From an uncultured Candidatus Saccharibacteria bacterium (GTDB lineage Bacteria; Patescibacteriota; Saccharimonadia; Saccharimonadales; AWTP1-31): DNA of 64,000 nucleotides. The DNA lies in the NCBI GenBank assembly GCA_937903325.1, contig CALCZR010000058.1, positions 193,034-257,033 on the forward strand, in the 5' to 3' direction. The position numbers were made by a program, and so were the translations under genes. The notes beneath the pieces were generated by a model that made no database searches, had not been told where the DNA came from, and worked only from the letters and a program-made list of their open reading frames with translations. Each line of letters begins with the position of its first letter. Position 1 is the stretch's first letter. Below are positions 62,207 to 64,000 of this stretch, piece after piece.

Positions 62207-62940
62207 TATTTGTCTCCCTCACCCTTATCTGCTGCTGGCTTGGTAGCCTTTTGTTTGCTCTTACCTTCGGCGATTGCCTGCTTGATGTAATCAAGGATCA
62301 GGTCGATGGTCTTAATAGCGTCGTCGTTAGCAGGAATAACAAAGTTAATATCAGTTGGATCTACGTTGGTATCGGCAATAGCAATGGTCTTAAGACCAAG
62401 CTTCTTAGCTTCGCGTAGTGCGTTAGCTTCGTTAATAACATCAACGACGAACACTGCACCAGGTCGAGCATCAAGATCCTTGATACCACCGTATTGGTGG
62501 TTCATCTGGTCAATTTCTTCTTGGAAACGCTGTACTTCAAGTTTGTTGTACTTAGATTCAAGCGCGCCAGCAGCCATTCGAGTCTCAAGATCCTTGAGGT
62601 GCTTGATACGCTCACCAATGGTTTGCTTGTTAGTAAGCATACCGCCAAGCCATCGCTCAGTTACGTATGGCATGCCTGTTTCCAGAGCCGCAGCTTTCAC
62701 GATATCTTTAGCTTGTCGCTTAGTACCTACAAATAGAATTTGCTTGCCTTCGCTAACCTGCTTAGTAATAAATGGTAATACTTCTTCCAGAGCCTCTACA
62801 GTTTTTGTAAGGTCGATAATGTGTGTACCGTCTCGCTTACTGTGAATGTAAGGAGCCATTTTAGGGTGCCAACGACTGGTCTTATGACCAAAGTGTGCTC
62901 CTGCGCCCAATAGTTGTTTAATGTCTACTTCTGTAGCCAT
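62206..62940 (-). CDS. rpsB: 30S ribosomal protein S2
   Basis: LLGAGAHFGHKTSRWHPKM, FVGTKRQA, ERWLGGMLTN. Confidence 0.95.
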   Translation of the reverse strand: MATEVDIKQLLGAGAHFGHKTSRWHPKMAPYIHSKRDGTHIIDLTKTVEALEEVLPFITKQVSEGKQILFVGTKRQAKDIVKAAALETGMPYVTERWLGGMLTNKQTIGERIKHLKDLETRMAAGALESKYNKLEVQRFQEEIDQMNHQYGGIKDLDARPGAVFVVDVINEANALREAKKLGLKTIAIADTNVDPTDINFVIPANDDAIKTIDLILDYIKQAIAEGKSKQKATKPAADKGEGDK

Positions 62941-63053
62941 AGTTGATAAATCCTTTCACTTCGGTGGAGTACTGCCCGGACCGCCCTACATGAGTCGGTA
63001 CAGGAGGATTAATTACTCACCTGCTTAATTAATAGTGAGCCTATTGTAACAGA

Positions 63054-63875
63054 TTACATTGCCTGCTGCAACAGATGAAGGAGAGCTTCAGCCTCTTCGA
63101 AGCTAACAAGTCCAACTCCCTCGGATCGATCATTCATAATTAGATCGATTTCAGCGCCAGCCACGAGCTCCTCTATGGCATGCGGCTCTTTTGCATTTGG
63201 CTCATATGATTCTGAAGCCATATACCTCTGATGTTCGGCGAGCTCTTCCTTAATTATGTCCTCAAAAGTTGGCTCATCATTAGCAACGTGCTCAAGATCA
63301 ACAATCCCCCTTCGAATACTCATCTCTTCCATTTGCCTTTGGAACAGTTGCCCTCCAAGCTCATTCGATTGTAAGTTAGTAACTACTCTCGTAAGTAGCC
63401 CTTCTGAGCTTCTATGCAAAAGTATACTTCCGTCTTTTCCTTCCCAAATCTGATACTCCAAGTCTTGCCGCAACGAACGAGGAGCGACATGCGACTCAAC
63501 ACTATGGACTAAACTTACCTCTCCTCTGAGGGTATGGTTTTCACCTGGTACAAGCTCTACATCATAGGCCGAACAATAAATAGCGGTTCTCCCTGCACTT
63601 CGAGCAAAACGCGTAAGCCACATGTTATTCCGATAAAATCTTCGTATGGTTTCGGGTGACATGTCTACAAAACTACCCAGTATCTCGTCTCTGCCTGTTG
63701 AGTCAAAGCTCCCCAATGCGTAGACATCATAAAAGGAGTTATGAAGAACATCAGGCAGACTCTCTGTTGGCGTAACTGGCAACTCAAGATTAAGATCACC
63801 GTCAATAGTGCGAAGCTGCCCAATCAAAGCTTCTGCCTGCTCAGGAGTCGATAATTCTAGGCCCGGTGATACCAT
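63054..63875 (-). CDS. hypothetical protein
   Basis: ORF track runs to 63980, but that extension covers the rpmE promoter; ATG 63875 (MVSPGLEL) has a TATAAT (63886..63891) 10 nt upstream. Confidence 0.4.
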   Translation of the reverse strand: MVSPGLELSTPEQAEALIGQLRTIDGDLNLELPVTPTESLPDVLHNSFYDVYALGSFDSTGRDEILGSFVDMSPETIRRFYRNNMWLTRFARSAGRTAIYCSAYDVELVPGENHTLRGEVSLVHSVESHVAPRSLRQDLEYQIWEGKDGSILLHRSSEGLLTRVVTNLQSNELGGQLFQRQMEEMSIRRGIVDLEHVANDEPTFEDIIKEELAEHQRYMASESYEPNAKEPHAIEELVAGAEIDLIMNDRSEGVGLVSFEEAEALLHLLQQAM

Positions 63876-63921
63876 AATTAATACAATTATAAAACTTTTG
63901 TATCTTAAATGCAAATAGTAG

Positions 63922-63950
63922 TTGACCATGTGACCCCTGATGTGTATAAT
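63922..63950 (+). promoter_or_regulatory. sigma70-like promoter (TTGACC - 17 nt - TATAAT) for rpmE
   Basis: read directly; 12 nt from the -10 to ATG 63963. Confidence 0.55.
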
Positions 63951-63962
63951 TAGGCCTTGATT

Positions 63963-64000
63963 ATGAAAAAAGATATCCACCCCAAGAACTACCGCCTTGT
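63963..64000 (+). CDS. rpmE: 50S ribosomal protein L31, N-terminal fragment (runs off the window)
   Basis: translation MKKDIHPKNYRL matches the L31 N-terminus (MKKxIHP). Confidence 0.55.
   Translation, partial: MKKDIHPKNYRL

Noticed and set aside
62306-62845. Long antisense ORFs inside strong genes (also 1853..2431, 11167..11721, 36078..36494, 42102..42494, 58360..58773 and others)
   Set aside because: These are shadow ORFs opposite well-identified genes (rpsB, ftsQ, GH1, ftsX, secA, rseP). Their translations are low-complexity Ser/Arg/Leu-rich sequences with no motifs.
63876-63980. 35-codon N-terminal extension of the 63054 ORF
   Set aside because: It runs through the well-formed rpmE promoter (TTGACC - 17 nt - TATAAT) and has an Ile/His/Tyr-rich AT-driven composition. 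ATG 63875 has its own -10-like element.
1-64000. tRNA, rRNA, tmRNA, RNase P, SRP RNA or mobile-element genes
   Set aside because: I inspected all intergenic gaps longer than 70 nt by eye and saw no T-loop (GTTCGAATC-like), RNase P (GAGGAAAGTCC) or tmRNA signatures. I also saw no transposase or integrase ORFs. A tRNAscan/Infernal run is needed to be certain.

Overview
This is a gene-dense 64-kb chromosomal segment with about 72 protein-coding genes, roughly 90% of them on the minus strand. I recognised no rRNA, tRNA, CRISPR array, transposase or integrase by eye. The backbone is housekeeping: a complete dcw block (mraZ-rsmH-ftsL-ftsI-ftsW-murG-ftsQ), hpf-secA-prfB-ftsEX with a PcsB-like hydrolase and ctp, five aminoacyl-tRNA synthetases, uppS-rseP, frr-tsf-rpsB, pyrG, recO and xseAB. 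TGA is used as a stop codon and RF2 is present, so the standard bacterial code applies. A sortase, Gram-positive-type synteny, a class I LysRS, a short ProRS, a heliorhodopsin and many lineage-specific orphans suggest a small-genome, monoderm-type bacterium, possibly CPR/Saccharibacteria-like. That taxonomic placement is inference only. The most interesting items are:
- A cassette encoding a DUF4868/KwaB-like protein, a NYN-fold protein and three small membrane proteins, which may be a Kiwa-like defence variant. The family call is from memory.
- A clear heliorhodopsin that heads an operon and sits 6 nt from a histidine-phosphatase gene.
- A 744-bp non-coding region where gene orientation converges. 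It holds a dif-like palindrome bracketed by 16-nt direct repeats.
- A phased array of four GTGGGTA boxes upstream of mraZ.
- A kinase-like/receiver pair in which both phospho-acceptor residues are replaced by Glu.
- A recurrent GGTATAAT element 3-9 nt upstream of many start codons, which implies leaderless mRNAs.
All family assignments rest on motifs read by eye. No database search was run.
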